A stretch of 37,391 nt of DNA from Planctomycetaceae bacterium (GTDB lineage Bacteria > Planctomycetota > Planctomycetia > Pirellulales > PNKZ01), in contig JAEUIL010000258.1 of NCBI GenBank assembly GCA_016794255.1, forward strand, positions 1 to 37,391, in the 5' to 3' direction. A model generated the notes under the pieces. The model was given only the letters and a program-made list of their open reading frames with translations, made no database searches and had not been told where the DNA came from. The position numbers were made by a program, and so were the translations under genes. Below are positions 20,389 to 28,971 of the stretch, piece by piece (position 1 is the stretch's first letter; each line of letters starts with the position of its first letter).

Positions 20389-20565
20389 AACGCAGATGAA
20401 CGCAAATGAAGGGGTTGAATGGAGATCAGGCAAGTGCGGAATGCGGAGTTCGGAGTGCGGAATAAAGAACGATGTGAATTCTGGCCGGTCACACCACTCC
20501 CCACTGATCTACCATCATCTCTGCATTATCCCCGTTCATCCCCTTCCTCTGCGTTCATCCGTGTT
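20389..20565. repeat. Intergenic palindromic element B: inverted 34-nt arms, internal 4 x 7-nt tandem repeat, core shared with element A
   Basis: The arms are 20389-20422 (aacgcagatgaacgcaaatgaaggggttgaatgg) and 20532-20565. They are reverse complements at 28/34 positions by hand count. Heptamers gcggaat/gcggagt/tcggagt/gcggaat occupy 20436-20463. There is an inner 7-bp inverted repeat agatcag/ctgatct. Confidence 0.6.
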
Positions 20566-20568
20566 CTC

Positions 20569-21669
20569 TTAACTCTCCATCGGTACCACTTCGCTCAAGT
20601 GTCTCGGACGCACCTTGAACAGCGCCATGTACTCGTCGTACGTCGGCTTGAGCCGCACGGCGACTTTCGCCTCGTGATGCAACGCGATGTCGCTTAACTT
20701 GTGGCTCAGATACGGATTGCGTAGCCGATCAAACGCTTCGTCGGCAAACGCCGCGACGTCCGGCACCCGATACGCGATCGTCGGCACGATCTCTTCGTAC
20801 AACAGTCCGCGCACCCAACGCGTCGCCGCGCGGTCGGCCAACACTTGTTGCACGGTCTCGAAACCCACGGGCCGAAACTTGGCCGCCATCGCCGTGTGGA
20901 CACCATTGAGAATTCGCACTTTCCGCAGATAGTACGGCGCGAGATCGTCGGTGATGCAGATGGCCGGATGCTGCCACAAGGGCGGCATCTGCGGCACACG
21001 CTCGATCGCCCACAGCGTGTACGGCTCGGCTTGAATCAAGAGCGGATCGCTCTTAGCCAGCGCGTGATCGGCGGGGCCCGGCGTGACGATACAGTCGACC
21101 AGATTGCACAGCCAAACGCATTGATTGACCAGATAGTCGACAAACTCGCGCGGCAGTTGCCAACGCTCGGCCAGCGACACGACCAACGCCCGCAACTTGT
21201 CGGCATTTCGCTCGAAGAGTTCGCACGGAATGATGGTCACCGGGGCGCCGCCCGCTTGAAAACGTTCCCACAGCACGCGTGTGAGCTTGGCCGGAAACGC
21301 TTGCGGTGGCGCGGCCGAGACTTGATCGGCATCGTCGAGCGCGTAGCCCGCCTCGGTGGTGTTCGAGATGATGTACTGCAACTCGGGCGAGCGGGCAACT
21401 TCCAGCACGGCCGACCACTCGCTGTTGGCGTTCAACGCGCGACGGATGCTCGTGACGCGCTCCACCCGATCGACGAGCTCGCCATTCTCGTAACCGCGCA
21501 CGACCACATGGTAAGCGCCACCTTGCTTGCCGAGGGCATCGGCCCTCGACGACGCGGTTGATTGCACGACGACGATCCCGCCGAGATCGTGGCCCGCGTC
21601 CTGGGCATGTTGCACGAAACGATCGACAAACGCGCGCAGAAACCGACCGGTACCAAACTGCAAAATCAT
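20569..21669 (-). CDS. uxaB: Mannitol-dehydrogenase-family enzyme, tagaturonate (altronate) reductase-like
   Basis: The N-terminus ILQFGTGRFLRAFVD matches the UxaB signature IIQFGEGNFLRAFVD as I recall it from E. coli. ATG at 21669. The protein is shorter than E. coli UxaB, so the exact substrate is uncertain. Confidence 0.7.
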   Translation of the reverse strand: MILQFGTGRFLRAFVDRFVQHAQDAGHDLGGIVVVQSTASSRADALGKQGGAYHVVVRGYENGELVDRVERVTSIRRALNANSEWSAVLEVARSPELQYIISNTTEAGYALDDADQVSAAPPQAFPAKLTRVLWERFQAGGAPVTIIPCELFERNADKLRALVVSLAERWQLPREFVDYLVNQCVWLCNLVDCIVTPGPADHALAKSDPLLIQAEPYTLWAIERVPQMPPLWQHPAICITDDLAPYYLRKVRILNGVHTAMAAKFRPVGFETVQQVLADRAATRWVRGLLYEEIVPTIAYRVPDVAAFADEAFDRLRNPYLSHKLSDIALHHEAKVAVRLKPTYDEYMALFKVRPRHLSEVVPMES

Positions 21670-21774
21670 GGTGTGAATCGCAAATTCAAGGAGCGTGTCC
21701 AGCCCGGCACTATACCGCAATCGCCCGGCTTAAGTAACCGACAACGCACCCCGGTAGTGATACGGTTCGGTATT

Positions 21775-21850
21775 GTGTGCCATGTCCACGTCTTCGTGGG
21801 CATGCGTGTTCACCAGGAAACATGCCCACGCGGACGTGGGCATGGCACAC
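21775..21850. repeat. 76-nt nested-hairpin palindromic repeat, copy C1
   Basis: gtgtgc-[catgtccacg tctt cgtgggcatg]-spacer-[catgcccacg cgga cgtgggcatg]-gcacac. A 6-bp closing stem encloses two 10-bp hairpins. 70/76 identical to copy C2. Confidence 0.75.
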
Positions 21851-21894
21851 GAGATTGTCAAAAGGCATCACTACTGGCACAAACATCATTACGA

Positions 21895-23199
21895 CTACGC
21901 CAGATCGCTCCAACTCCATGGCTGGCGATACTCCTTGGTCAACCAGCGAGCGGCGTCGGTGTCGCCGACAATCGTTTCCGATTGCGGATCCCATTGGATC
22001 TTCTTGCCCGAGCGGACGGCAATGTTCCCCAAGTGGCAGACCGTTGCCGAGCGATGCCCGATGCTGACGTCAGCAGCCGGCTTGGCTCGCGACTTCACGC
22101 AGTCAAAGAAGTTGTTCACGTGCGCGATGTTCGCCTGCGAACTGACGATCTTCGGCAGCTCGATCCCCTTCACCAAATCCAACGGCTTGGCGACGATCCC
22201 GCCGCGATAGACGAACAAGCTCCCCTTATCGCCGACGAACTCGGTTCCCTGCTCAGGCCCCTTGGCGTTCATTTTCTGGCGACAGGTCATGACCACGCCG
22301 TTGGCATACGTGTAGCGAATGTCGGTCGTGTCGGGCGTTTCGTACCAACCGTCGGCATTGTAGACCGCCGAACCCTCGACACTTACCGGGCCGCTCTCGT
22401 CCATGCCGAGTCCCCATTGGGCAATGTCGAGATGGTGAGCGCCGAAGTTCGTCTGCTGACCGCCGCTGTAGTCCCAATAGAAGCGGAACAAATAGTGGAC
22501 GCGATTCTTGTTGAACGCGCGTTGCGGAGCTGGGCCGAGCCAGCGATTGAAATCGAAGCCCTCCGGCGGAGCGCTGTCGGGCACCGGCATGCCAGCCCGG
22601 GCGATCCAGTTCGGGCCGGGCAGCGTGACGTTCACCGCGTGGACTTTGCCGACGATTCCCTTTTGCACGAGCTCGACGGCCAGCTTGAACTCGGCACCGC
22701 TGCGCTGCATGGTGCCGGTTTGCATCACTCGGCCGTACTTGCGAGCGGCGGCGATCATCGGCTTACCTTCGCCAATTACCAGCGTGAGCGGCTTTTCGCA
22801 GTACACGTCTTTGCCCGCCCGACAGGCTTCGATCGACATCAGTGCATGCCATTGGTCGGGCACGGTCACGACGACGGCGTCGATATCCTTGGCATCGAGC
22901 AGTCGACGGTAGTCGTCGGTCTGCACGGCCGAGAGATTCGCCTGTTTATCCAAAAAGTCCGCCGCCTCGGCGAGGTAGTTCTTGTCGAGATCGCAGAGCG
23001 CGACGATGTTCTTCAAGAAGTACTTCATGTTGTTCTTGGGCCCGCCCTGATTGCCCACGCCGATCATGCCGACGCGGACACGCTCGCTGGGGGCTTCATC
23101 GGCCGCAAAGATCGCGCGGTAACTACGGGGCGACAGTCCCAGCAGAGCGCCGCCGGCCAGAGTGGTTTTCAAGAACGAACGACGAGACGAACGCGACAT
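21895..23199 (-). CDS. Gfo/Idh/MocA family oxidoreductase with twin-arginine (Tat) signal
   Basis: MSRSSRRSFLKTTLAGGALLG matches the SRRxFLK Tat consensus. Rossmann motif VGMIGVGNQG. Typical Gfo/Idh/MocA C-terminal domain. ATG at 23199. The ORF-track extension to 23283 runs into repeat C2. Confidence 0.88.
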   Translation of the reverse strand: MSRSSRRSFLKTTLAGGALLGLSPRSYRAIFAADEAPSERVRVGMIGVGNQGGPKNNMKYFLKNIVALCDLDKNYLAEAADFLDKQANLSAVQTDDYRRLLDAKDIDAVVVTVPDQWHALMSIEACRAGKDVYCEKPLTLVIGEGKPMIAAARKYGRVMQTGTMQRSGAEFKLAVELVQKGIVGKVHAVNVTLPGPNWIARAGMPVPDSAPPEGFDFNRWLGPAPQRAFNKNRVHYLFRFYWDYSGGQQTNFGAHHLDIAQWGLGMDESGPVSVEGSAVYNADGWYETPDTTDIRYTYANGVVMTCRQKMNAKGPEQGTEFVGDKGSLFVYRGGIVAKPLDLVKGIELPKIVSSQANIAHVNNFFDCVKSRAKPAADVSIGHRSATVCHLGNIAVRSGKKIQWDPQSETIVGDTDAARWLTKEYRQPWSWSDLA

Positions 23200-23253
23200 G
23201 ATAAGCGAACTCCGCGAGGAGATAAGAAAGCAGGACGTGATTCCGTGGATTGA

Positions 23254-23329
23254 TGTGTGCCATGTCCACGTCTTCGTGGACATGCGCGATCACCGGGGAA
23301 CATGCCCACGCCGACGTGGGCATGGCACA
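23254..23329. repeat. 76-nt nested-hairpin palindromic repeat, copy C2
   Basis: Same architecture and orientation as C1. Six substitutions: four in the central spacer, one in the loop of hairpin 2, and one that turns the T.G pair of hairpin 1 into T-A. Confidence 0.75.
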
Positions 23330-23445
23330 CGATGTGGGTTAATAGGCATCTTGACGACAAAACGGGAACGCAGTCGATTATCTCACGCCGCCAGTTGATC
23401 GTCTACCGGATGTCATCCGTGTCTCGCGAACGATCCATGGGCGCA

Positions 23446-26400
23446 TTACTTGCGGAAGTGAAAATCCTCGAATGCCTGCGGCTGCAAGCCGATGTCGCGG
23501 CGAATCAGCTCGGGATGCTGCGCGTAGAACGACGGAAAATCGACCGGAAACGTCGCATCCATCATCCGATCGGGCGAGAAGCCGGACTTATCGCTCGGAT
23601 TGCCTTTGACCCCCGGATCGCCAGCGAATTGCGGATCGACGAAGATCGGGTCAATGACATAGGCACTCAATTGCTTCGCGGTTTGCGTTCCTTGCAGCAC
23701 ACGCTCTTCGAGCGGAATGCAATCGCGCAGATAGAAACAGTTGTTCGGCGTGCGGAAGGCATCGATATCGCCATCGCAACAGAGAATGCCCAGGTTCAGC
23801 CGCGCTTTCTTGTCGAGCATGTCGGTAAAGATGCAGTTGCGCAATGTGGACGATTGCTGCTTCGTGTTTCGCAATACGAACGCCATGATCATCGGCTCGG
23901 CGAAGACCGTGTTCTCGATCACGAGATTCGGACAGCGCCAGAAATACATACCGCCAAACTTGTACGTGTTGACGCAATTCTTGATCAGCAAATCCTCGAC
24001 AAAATACGCCGCCACGGGACTCGCCGAGTAACCGCCACGCCCTTCGGAGAAGCAGCGTGTGATCTGAATATCCTTGCCGTGATAGAGATGGAACTCGCCG
24101 CTGTTGAGCAAGCTCCACTTATCGTTCGGGAACAGATTGAAGGCCGCGAAGTACAGACCATCAAAGCGGAGATGACTCTTGCCGCCGGCGACAAAGCCGC
24201 TGTTCAAAGTCATGTCGTGGCCGTTGAGTTCCACACGCTCGCCGGGTAACGCTTGGAACGTGATCGGCTGACCCGGCGCGCCGGTGACTCGCAACCGAAT
24301 GCGTTCACGGTAAGTGCCTCCCGCGATCAAGACCGTGTCACCGGGTGCGACTTGCGTGGCGGCGTGACGAATGGTTCGCCACGCCTGTTGACGGTCGCGA
24401 CCCGAGCGCTGATCGTCGCCGTCATTCGCCACGTAAAACGTCCGTGGCTTCGGCGGCTCGCTCTGCGTGGTGAATGCGAGCGGCTCGTCGGACAAAGGTA
24501 CCGACGCGTAATGATCCGGCTTGGGGAGCATGTCGGCCGGGGTTTCGAGCTTGGTAATGCGAAAGTAATACTTCGTCGCGGGTTTGAGCCCGGTCAGGCT
24601 GTAAGAGCCGAAGCAATTGACGTTGAACGGCAGTGACTGTTTACACTCGGGCGTGGCGCCCCAACTCAACGAGCAAGTCGCCGGCGCGGTCGTGATCCAT
24701 TCCAAGTTGGCGGTCGTGTCGCTGACTGAGAACACGCTCGGCTTGACCGCCAACCGTAGGTCGGTCGCCGGCAGCTCATCGCGATACGGACCGAGCGGCT
24801 TGCCGAAGGGCCCGCCCCCGGCCAAGTGCGGACTCGCCGCGTCGAGCGCTCGCGATTGTGGCTCGTGGGTCGTTTGCAGCTTGGCGAGCGAGACGGGCTC
24901 GCCGTTCACCTGCCACGCTTGTTCTGCCCGCGCGTAGCCATTGTAGTTCGCGTACCGAATCTGTTCCAACTCTTGCAGTTGCACGGCGGGACCATTCGTC
25001 GCCAGAAACGCATTGCCGCGGAGATCGAGTTGAGTTGAATCATCGAGCTGCAACGACGCGCCAATCGTGTTGGCGAAATGACAGTGCGATACGGTCAGCC
25101 CGGCGACTCCGGTAGCCACGAGACGACCATTGCCCGAGAACGTCGCTTGATCAACAGTCAAATCACGCCCGGTGGCGAGTGTCACCGGCGCGGTGAACGT
25201 CAGTCGTTCAAGTCGCAGGTGATTGCACTCGACGAGTTTGAGCGCGCCATGGATCGTGACGGGGCCGACGCCTCGACCACGAATCGTGATCGGTGAGTCG
25301 GTTTTACCCACGGCGGTAATACTAACATCGCCCGCATACTCGCCCGGTTCGAGATACACGGTCGCCCCCGGCTGCAAATTCTTGACAGCTCGCGCGAGCG
25401 TTTTCCAAGCGTGGGACACCGACAGACCGTCGGCCGCATCGTCGCCATCGGGTCGCACATAGAAAATGTTCGGTTGATACGGAAACGCACCGCGATCGCT
25501 GGCCGAAGACGGATCGACGCTGCGGAACTGTGACGTGGCTTGCAGACGATAGTCGTGATTGTCGGGATCGGCGAACTCGGCCCGAGGGTCGAGCGTCGGC
25601 ACGTCGCTCAGCAAGATGTGCTGTTTCTCGGTGATCGCCTTGGACGCGGCCGAGCGGCCGATGGTACCGCGAATCACGTTCGCCACACTCCACAACCCCG
25701 GCGCGACGCACGACTCGGCGATGTGATGGTACTCGTAGCCGGTCTTGATCTTGAGGTCGGCCGTGTCGTTACCCCAAGCGTAGTTGCGGACGAGCATACT
25801 CTTATGCTTCGGGTCGTTGCCGCCGTCGTCGCCATGCGGCGGGGCACCGCCCGTGCCGTAGATGTTGATGCCGTACATGCCGTTGCGATACGCCACGCAA
25901 TCGCGAATCGTGTCGCGTCGCCCGTTGAAGACCGTGATCCCGCCCATGTCGCCATTGGCGAACGTCGACTTATTCGCCCACGAGACACAGCGTTCAATCA
26001 CGTTGTCGCCGCTCGCTTGCGAGATCGAATTGAAACCAATGCCCCAAGCGTTCAGGTAAGCCCGGCAATCGCGAATCACGCACTGCTTGCCATGCACGAC
26101 AAACAGGCCCCAGATGCCACCGGCGGTCTCTTCGCGATAGTGGATCAACTCCATGGCGCTAAAGCCGGTGAAAGCGAGCCCTTCGACCGTCACGCGCTTT
26201 GGCCGAATCAGGTGCAGGCCGGTGCGAGGAATGACCGACACGCTGTACGTGTGCGCGTCGGCCGGTCGCAGGTCCGTGGTCGAAATGTACAGCTTGCTTG
26301 TCTGAGCGTCGTGGAAGAACGTGCCGGGAATGAACTCGAGCTCGGCGGCGTTGGGCATCCGTTTGAGAATCTTGAGCGTATCGATCTCGTTGACCGCGGG

Positions 26401-26784
26401 AATCTGGCCGTCGAACGCGAAGTCGGCGACGTACACGAAGCGTTGTCCCGGCACGGGCCTAAACTGGGGCGCAGGCCGGTCGCCGCGCACGATCACCGTT
26501 CCCAATAACTCGGCGCGAATCTGGGTGTCGTGCTCCAGATCGCCAAGGTCGGCGCGCTTGATGCTCTCGAAATACTCACCGGGCGCGATGGTTAACGCAT
26601 CGCCCGGTTGCAGCGCGTCGACCCCCTTTTGGATCGTGGCCCAGGCCGTGGCGCGGGTGGTGCCTGTGTTGTTGTCCGAACCTTGCTTGGTGACGAAGTA
26701 CTGGGTCGCCGACACGACGGTGGTCACTGATAGGATTGCGATCCACACGGCGGCGACGAGCCAACGAGTCTGTCGAGTCAACAT
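23446..26784 (-). CDS. Large secreted right-handed parallel beta-helix (pectate-lyase-fold) protein with three DUF1565-like modules and an FN3-like domain
   Basis: Signal/anchor MLTRQTRWLVAAVWIAILSVTTVVSA. The cap motif occurs three times: YFVTKQGSDNNTG...AWATIQKGVDALQPGDALTIAPGEY, FYVRPDGDDAADG...AWKTLARAVKNLQPGATVYLEPGEY and FYVANDGDDQRSG...AWRTIRHAATQVAPGDTVLIAGGTY. FN3-like segment LEWITTAPATCSLSWG...LKPATKYYFRI. Confidence 0.8.
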   Translation of the reverse strand: MLTRQTRWLVAAVWIAILSVTTVVSATQYFVTKQGSDNNTGTTRATAWATIQKGVDALQPGDALTIAPGEYFESIKRADLGDLEHDTQIRAELLGTVIVRGDRPAPQFRPVPGQRFVYVADFAFDGQIPAVNEIDTLKILKRMPNAAELEFIPGTFFHDAQTSKLYISTTDLRPADAHTYSVSVIPRTGLHLIRPKRVTVEGLAFTGFSAMELIHYREETAGGIWGLFVVHGKQCVIRDCRAYLNAWGIGFNSISQASGDNVIERCVSWANKSTFANGDMGGITVFNGRRDTIRDCVAYRNGMYGINIYGTGGAPPHGDDGGNDPKHKSMLVRNYAWGNDTADLKIKTGYEYHHIAESCVAPGLWSVANVIRGTIGRSAASKAITEKQHILLSDVPTLDPRAEFADPDNHDYRLQATSQFRSVDPSSASDRGAFPYQPNIFYVRPDGDDAADGLSVSHAWKTLARAVKNLQPGATVYLEPGEYAGDVSITAVGKTDSPITIRGRGVGPVTIHGALKLVECNHLRLERLTFTAPVTLATGRDLTVDQATFSGNGRLVATGVAGLTVSHCHFANTIGASLQLDDSTQLDLRGNAFLATNGPAVQLQELEQIRYANYNGYARAEQAWQVNGEPVSLAKLQTTHEPQSRALDAASPHLAGGGPFGKPLGPYRDELPATDLRLAVKPSVFSVSDTTANLEWITTAPATCSLSWGATPECKQSLPFNVNCFGSYSLTGLKPATKYYFRITKLETPADMLPKPDHYASVPLSDEPLAFTTQSEPPKPRTFYVANDGDDQRSGRDRQQAWRTIRHAATQVAPGDTVLIAGGTYRERIRLRVTGAPGQPITFQALPGERVELNGHDMTLNSGFVAGGKSHLRFDGLYFAAFNLFPNDKWSLLNSGEFHLYHGKDIQITRCFSEGRGGYSASPVAAYFVEDLLIKNCVNTYKFGGMYFWRCPNLVIENTVFAEPMIMAFVLRNTKQQSSTLRNCIFTDMLDKKARLNLGILCCDGDIDAFRTPNNCFYLRDCIPLEERVLQGTQTAKQLSAYVIDPIFVDPQFAGDPGVKGNPSDKSGFSPDRMMDATFPVDFPSFYAQHPELIRRDIGLQPQAFEDFHFRK

Positions 26785-26838
26785 CGCATGCAGCTTCCAA
26801 TTAGATGGATGATCTAGTGTCCGTTGCCACCCAGCGAC

Positions 26839-28971
26839 CTAACTCAAACCATCGTGGGCTCCCCACGGTTCGAGCTGTTGCAGATTACGCGACTCGAGCG
26901 CTCGATAACAGTCGGGCAAGTCAAAATGGAGCAAAACACCCGGCAGCAGCGACGCATACGGCCAGCGATAGTCCTCGGTCTCGGCGATCGTGGCGAAGGA
27001 GTTGAGCGCGTGTTTGAAGGTGATCTGCCGCGGGGCACGATGCAGTAAGGCCGCGAACGTCGCCGCGAGCGCACCCCAACCACGAGCGACGAGATGAATC
27101 TCGCCGTGCCCCAGATCGGTCAACCAATCCAGGACACGCAGGACATCGAGCACCTTCTGACCCAGATACGGTCGGTCGAGCATCACGCCATTGGCGGCGT
27201 AGAAGTAGTCGGCATCGAAAGGCAATCGCAAACGTCCGCCGACCGCGCCGATGTTCGGCCGTGACTCGCCCGTGCCACGAACGTCGCACACGTAACAGGC
27301 CGAGTCGGGCTCGCGCTGGCGAATCTCGCCGATGAGCGGCTCGTGCCTGAGTTCCAGATCGGCCGACTGATGCGAGACGTACAAAATGGCTCGCCGTGGA
27401 CCGCGAGGCGGGGCCGACAACCAGAACTCGTCGTACAACCGAGTCACTGCGATCTCGATACCCGGCTCGGTTTGCACGGCGTAAGTGCAGTAGCCCGCGA
27501 TGCCCGGGTAGCGGTCGCGACCCGCGCTGCGCAGGATGCTGTAGTCGGGCACGCCGGTGAGTTCGGGCAGCTTGAGCACCGTGCGGGCGGCGTTCTGCAG
27601 CGCCTCGCCGGTAAGCGGAGCGCGTGATTGGGCCAAATGTTGACTCTTCTCGCGCGTGTAGGAAAAGATCGACCGCGAGTTCTCGAACGTCACTTGGCCT
27701 CGCGGAGTACACCACAACGCCGCATCCGGTGCGACGTCGGCGGGCACCTCGTCGGTCGAGGCCGTAATGCCTGTCGTGCGTTGAAACCAACGGTAGGTTG
27801 CCTCGCGGCTGGGTTGCGGATACGAGTGCGTATTCGGTCCGACGTGCAACTGCACATGGTCCGGCTTGCCGAGCAGCGCGTACAAATGTTGCAGGCGAGC
27901 GAACGCCTCGCGGGTACCGCGGATGTCGAAAAAGTCGCGTTCTTGTGCCTGAATGATGAGCGGCTTCGGTGCGAATGCGGCGAGAAAATCGTTGTGATCC
28001 AGACCGGCGGCCAACACGCGCGGCGCACATTGCTCGGTGTCTTGCGTCAATTCGTTCTCGACGTTGCGGCGGATGGTGGTGACCCAACCCGATGGCGCGG
28101 CCATCGTGAAGCGCGGTTCCAATCCGCACAAATAGGTCGTCTCCATGCCACCGCCCGAGTTGCCGGTTAAACCCACGTGACGCGGGTCGACCTCGGGACG
28201 CGACAAGAGATAGTCGAGAGTACGGATGCCGTCCCAGGCGAACCAGGCGCTCGACGACTCGCCCACGAGCACCTGCTGGTTCCCCGCTTGGGCATGTTCG
28301 AACGTGGCATAGTTGTACCGCGACTTGAGCGGCTCGCCGGGATCAACGTATTGATAACGCTCGCCTTGACCGGGCGGATCGCAAACCAACACGACGTAAC
28401 CTTGCCGGGCGAAACTTTGCGCGAGCGCCGTTTCATTCGCGGCACACTTGGCATTCTCTGAATGACCGCAGGCCACGAGCACCGCGGGCGCGGGCTGTTT
28501 CAAGTCGCGCGGCAGATAAACGTGCCCGGTCACAAGAAAACCCGGACGGCTCTCAAAAATCACTTTCTCGATACGATACGCCGCGCGCTCGACGACTCCG
28601 GTCACCCGAGCATTGAGCGGCGTCTTGGCAGGCTCCGGGCCGAAGCAATCGCGAATGCGTCGTTGCACCGACCGGACATACGCCTCAGCGTCAGCCTTGG
28701 TTTTCAACGTCGCTCGTTGCAGGTTGGCGTGCTGTTCGATCTCGCGGACCTGTCGCGCGAGCCAGTCTTGCATCATCCGCGGAAAACGGTTGAGCGGCTC
28801 GACATTTGCGCCGGTCGCAGGCTTTGTTGGTTCAGCAGCCTGAATACGTTCCACGTTTGCGACGTCAAGCCAATGCCCACTCGCACAACCGAGGCCGGCA
28901 AGCTGCAAGAAGCGACGACGATCGGCGAACGGTGACGAAGCCATGTACGACGGGACCTGCGCGAGTGTCAT
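26839..28971 (-). CDS. Tat-signal alpha/beta-hydrolase (acetyl-xylan-esterase / dienelactone-hydrolase-like), two-domain
   Basis: DRRRFLQLAGLG twin-arginine motif. GNSGGG nucleophile elbow (GxSxG) in the first domain. The second alpha/beta-like region has ARGWG at the elbow position. The start is ATG 28971 or ATG 28944. Confidence 0.72.
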   Translation of the reverse strand: MTLAQVPSYMASSPFADRRRFLQLAGLGCASGHWLDVANVERIQAAEPTKPATGANVEPLNRFPRMMQDWLARQVREIEQHANLQRATLKTKADAEAYVRSVQRRIRDCFGPEPAKTPLNARVTGVVERAAYRIEKVIFESRPGFLVTGHVYLPRDLKQPAPAVLVACGHSENAKCAANETALAQSFARQGYVVLVCDPPGQGERYQYVDPGEPLKSRYNYATFEHAQAGNQQVLVGESSSAWFAWDGIRTLDYLLSRPEVDPRHVGLTGNSGGGMETTYLCGLEPRFTMAAPSGWVTTIRRNVENELTQDTEQCAPRVLAAGLDHNDFLAAFAPKPLIIQAQERDFFDIRGTREAFARLQHLYALLGKPDHVQLHVGPNTHSYPQPSREATYRWFQRTTGITASTDEVPADVAPDAALWCTPRGQVTFENSRSIFSYTREKSQHLAQSRAPLTGEALQNAARTVLKLPELTGVPDYSILRSAGRDRYPGIAGYCTYAVQTEPGIEIAVTRLYDEFWLSAPPRGPRRAILYVSHQSADLELRHEPLIGEIRQREPDSACYVCDVRGTGESRPNIGAVGGRLRLPFDADYFYAANGVMLDRPYLGQKVLDVLRVLDWLTDLGHGEIHLVARGWGALAATFAALLHRAPRQITFKHALNSFATIAETEDYRWPYASLLPGVLLHFDLPDCYRALESRNLQQLEPWGAHDGLS

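Noticed and set aside
20436-20463. Tandem heptamers (gcggaat x4) and the other short tandem repeats in elements A and B, considered as a possible CRISPR or VNTR array.
   Set aside because: The units are 7-10 nt with no spacers and no cas genes. They are parts of the palindromic intergenic elements, not a CRISPR array.
21562-23253. 563-aa plus-strand ORF spanning the uxaB-like 5' end, repeat C1 and the whole Gfo/Idh/MocA gene. Also 23257..24249, 25540..26508, 26921..28129 and 29829..31286.
   Set aside because: They are antisense or out of frame to strongly supported genes. Two of them start inside the palindromic repeats (MPCPRLRGHA...), which shows they are repeat-seeded artefacts.
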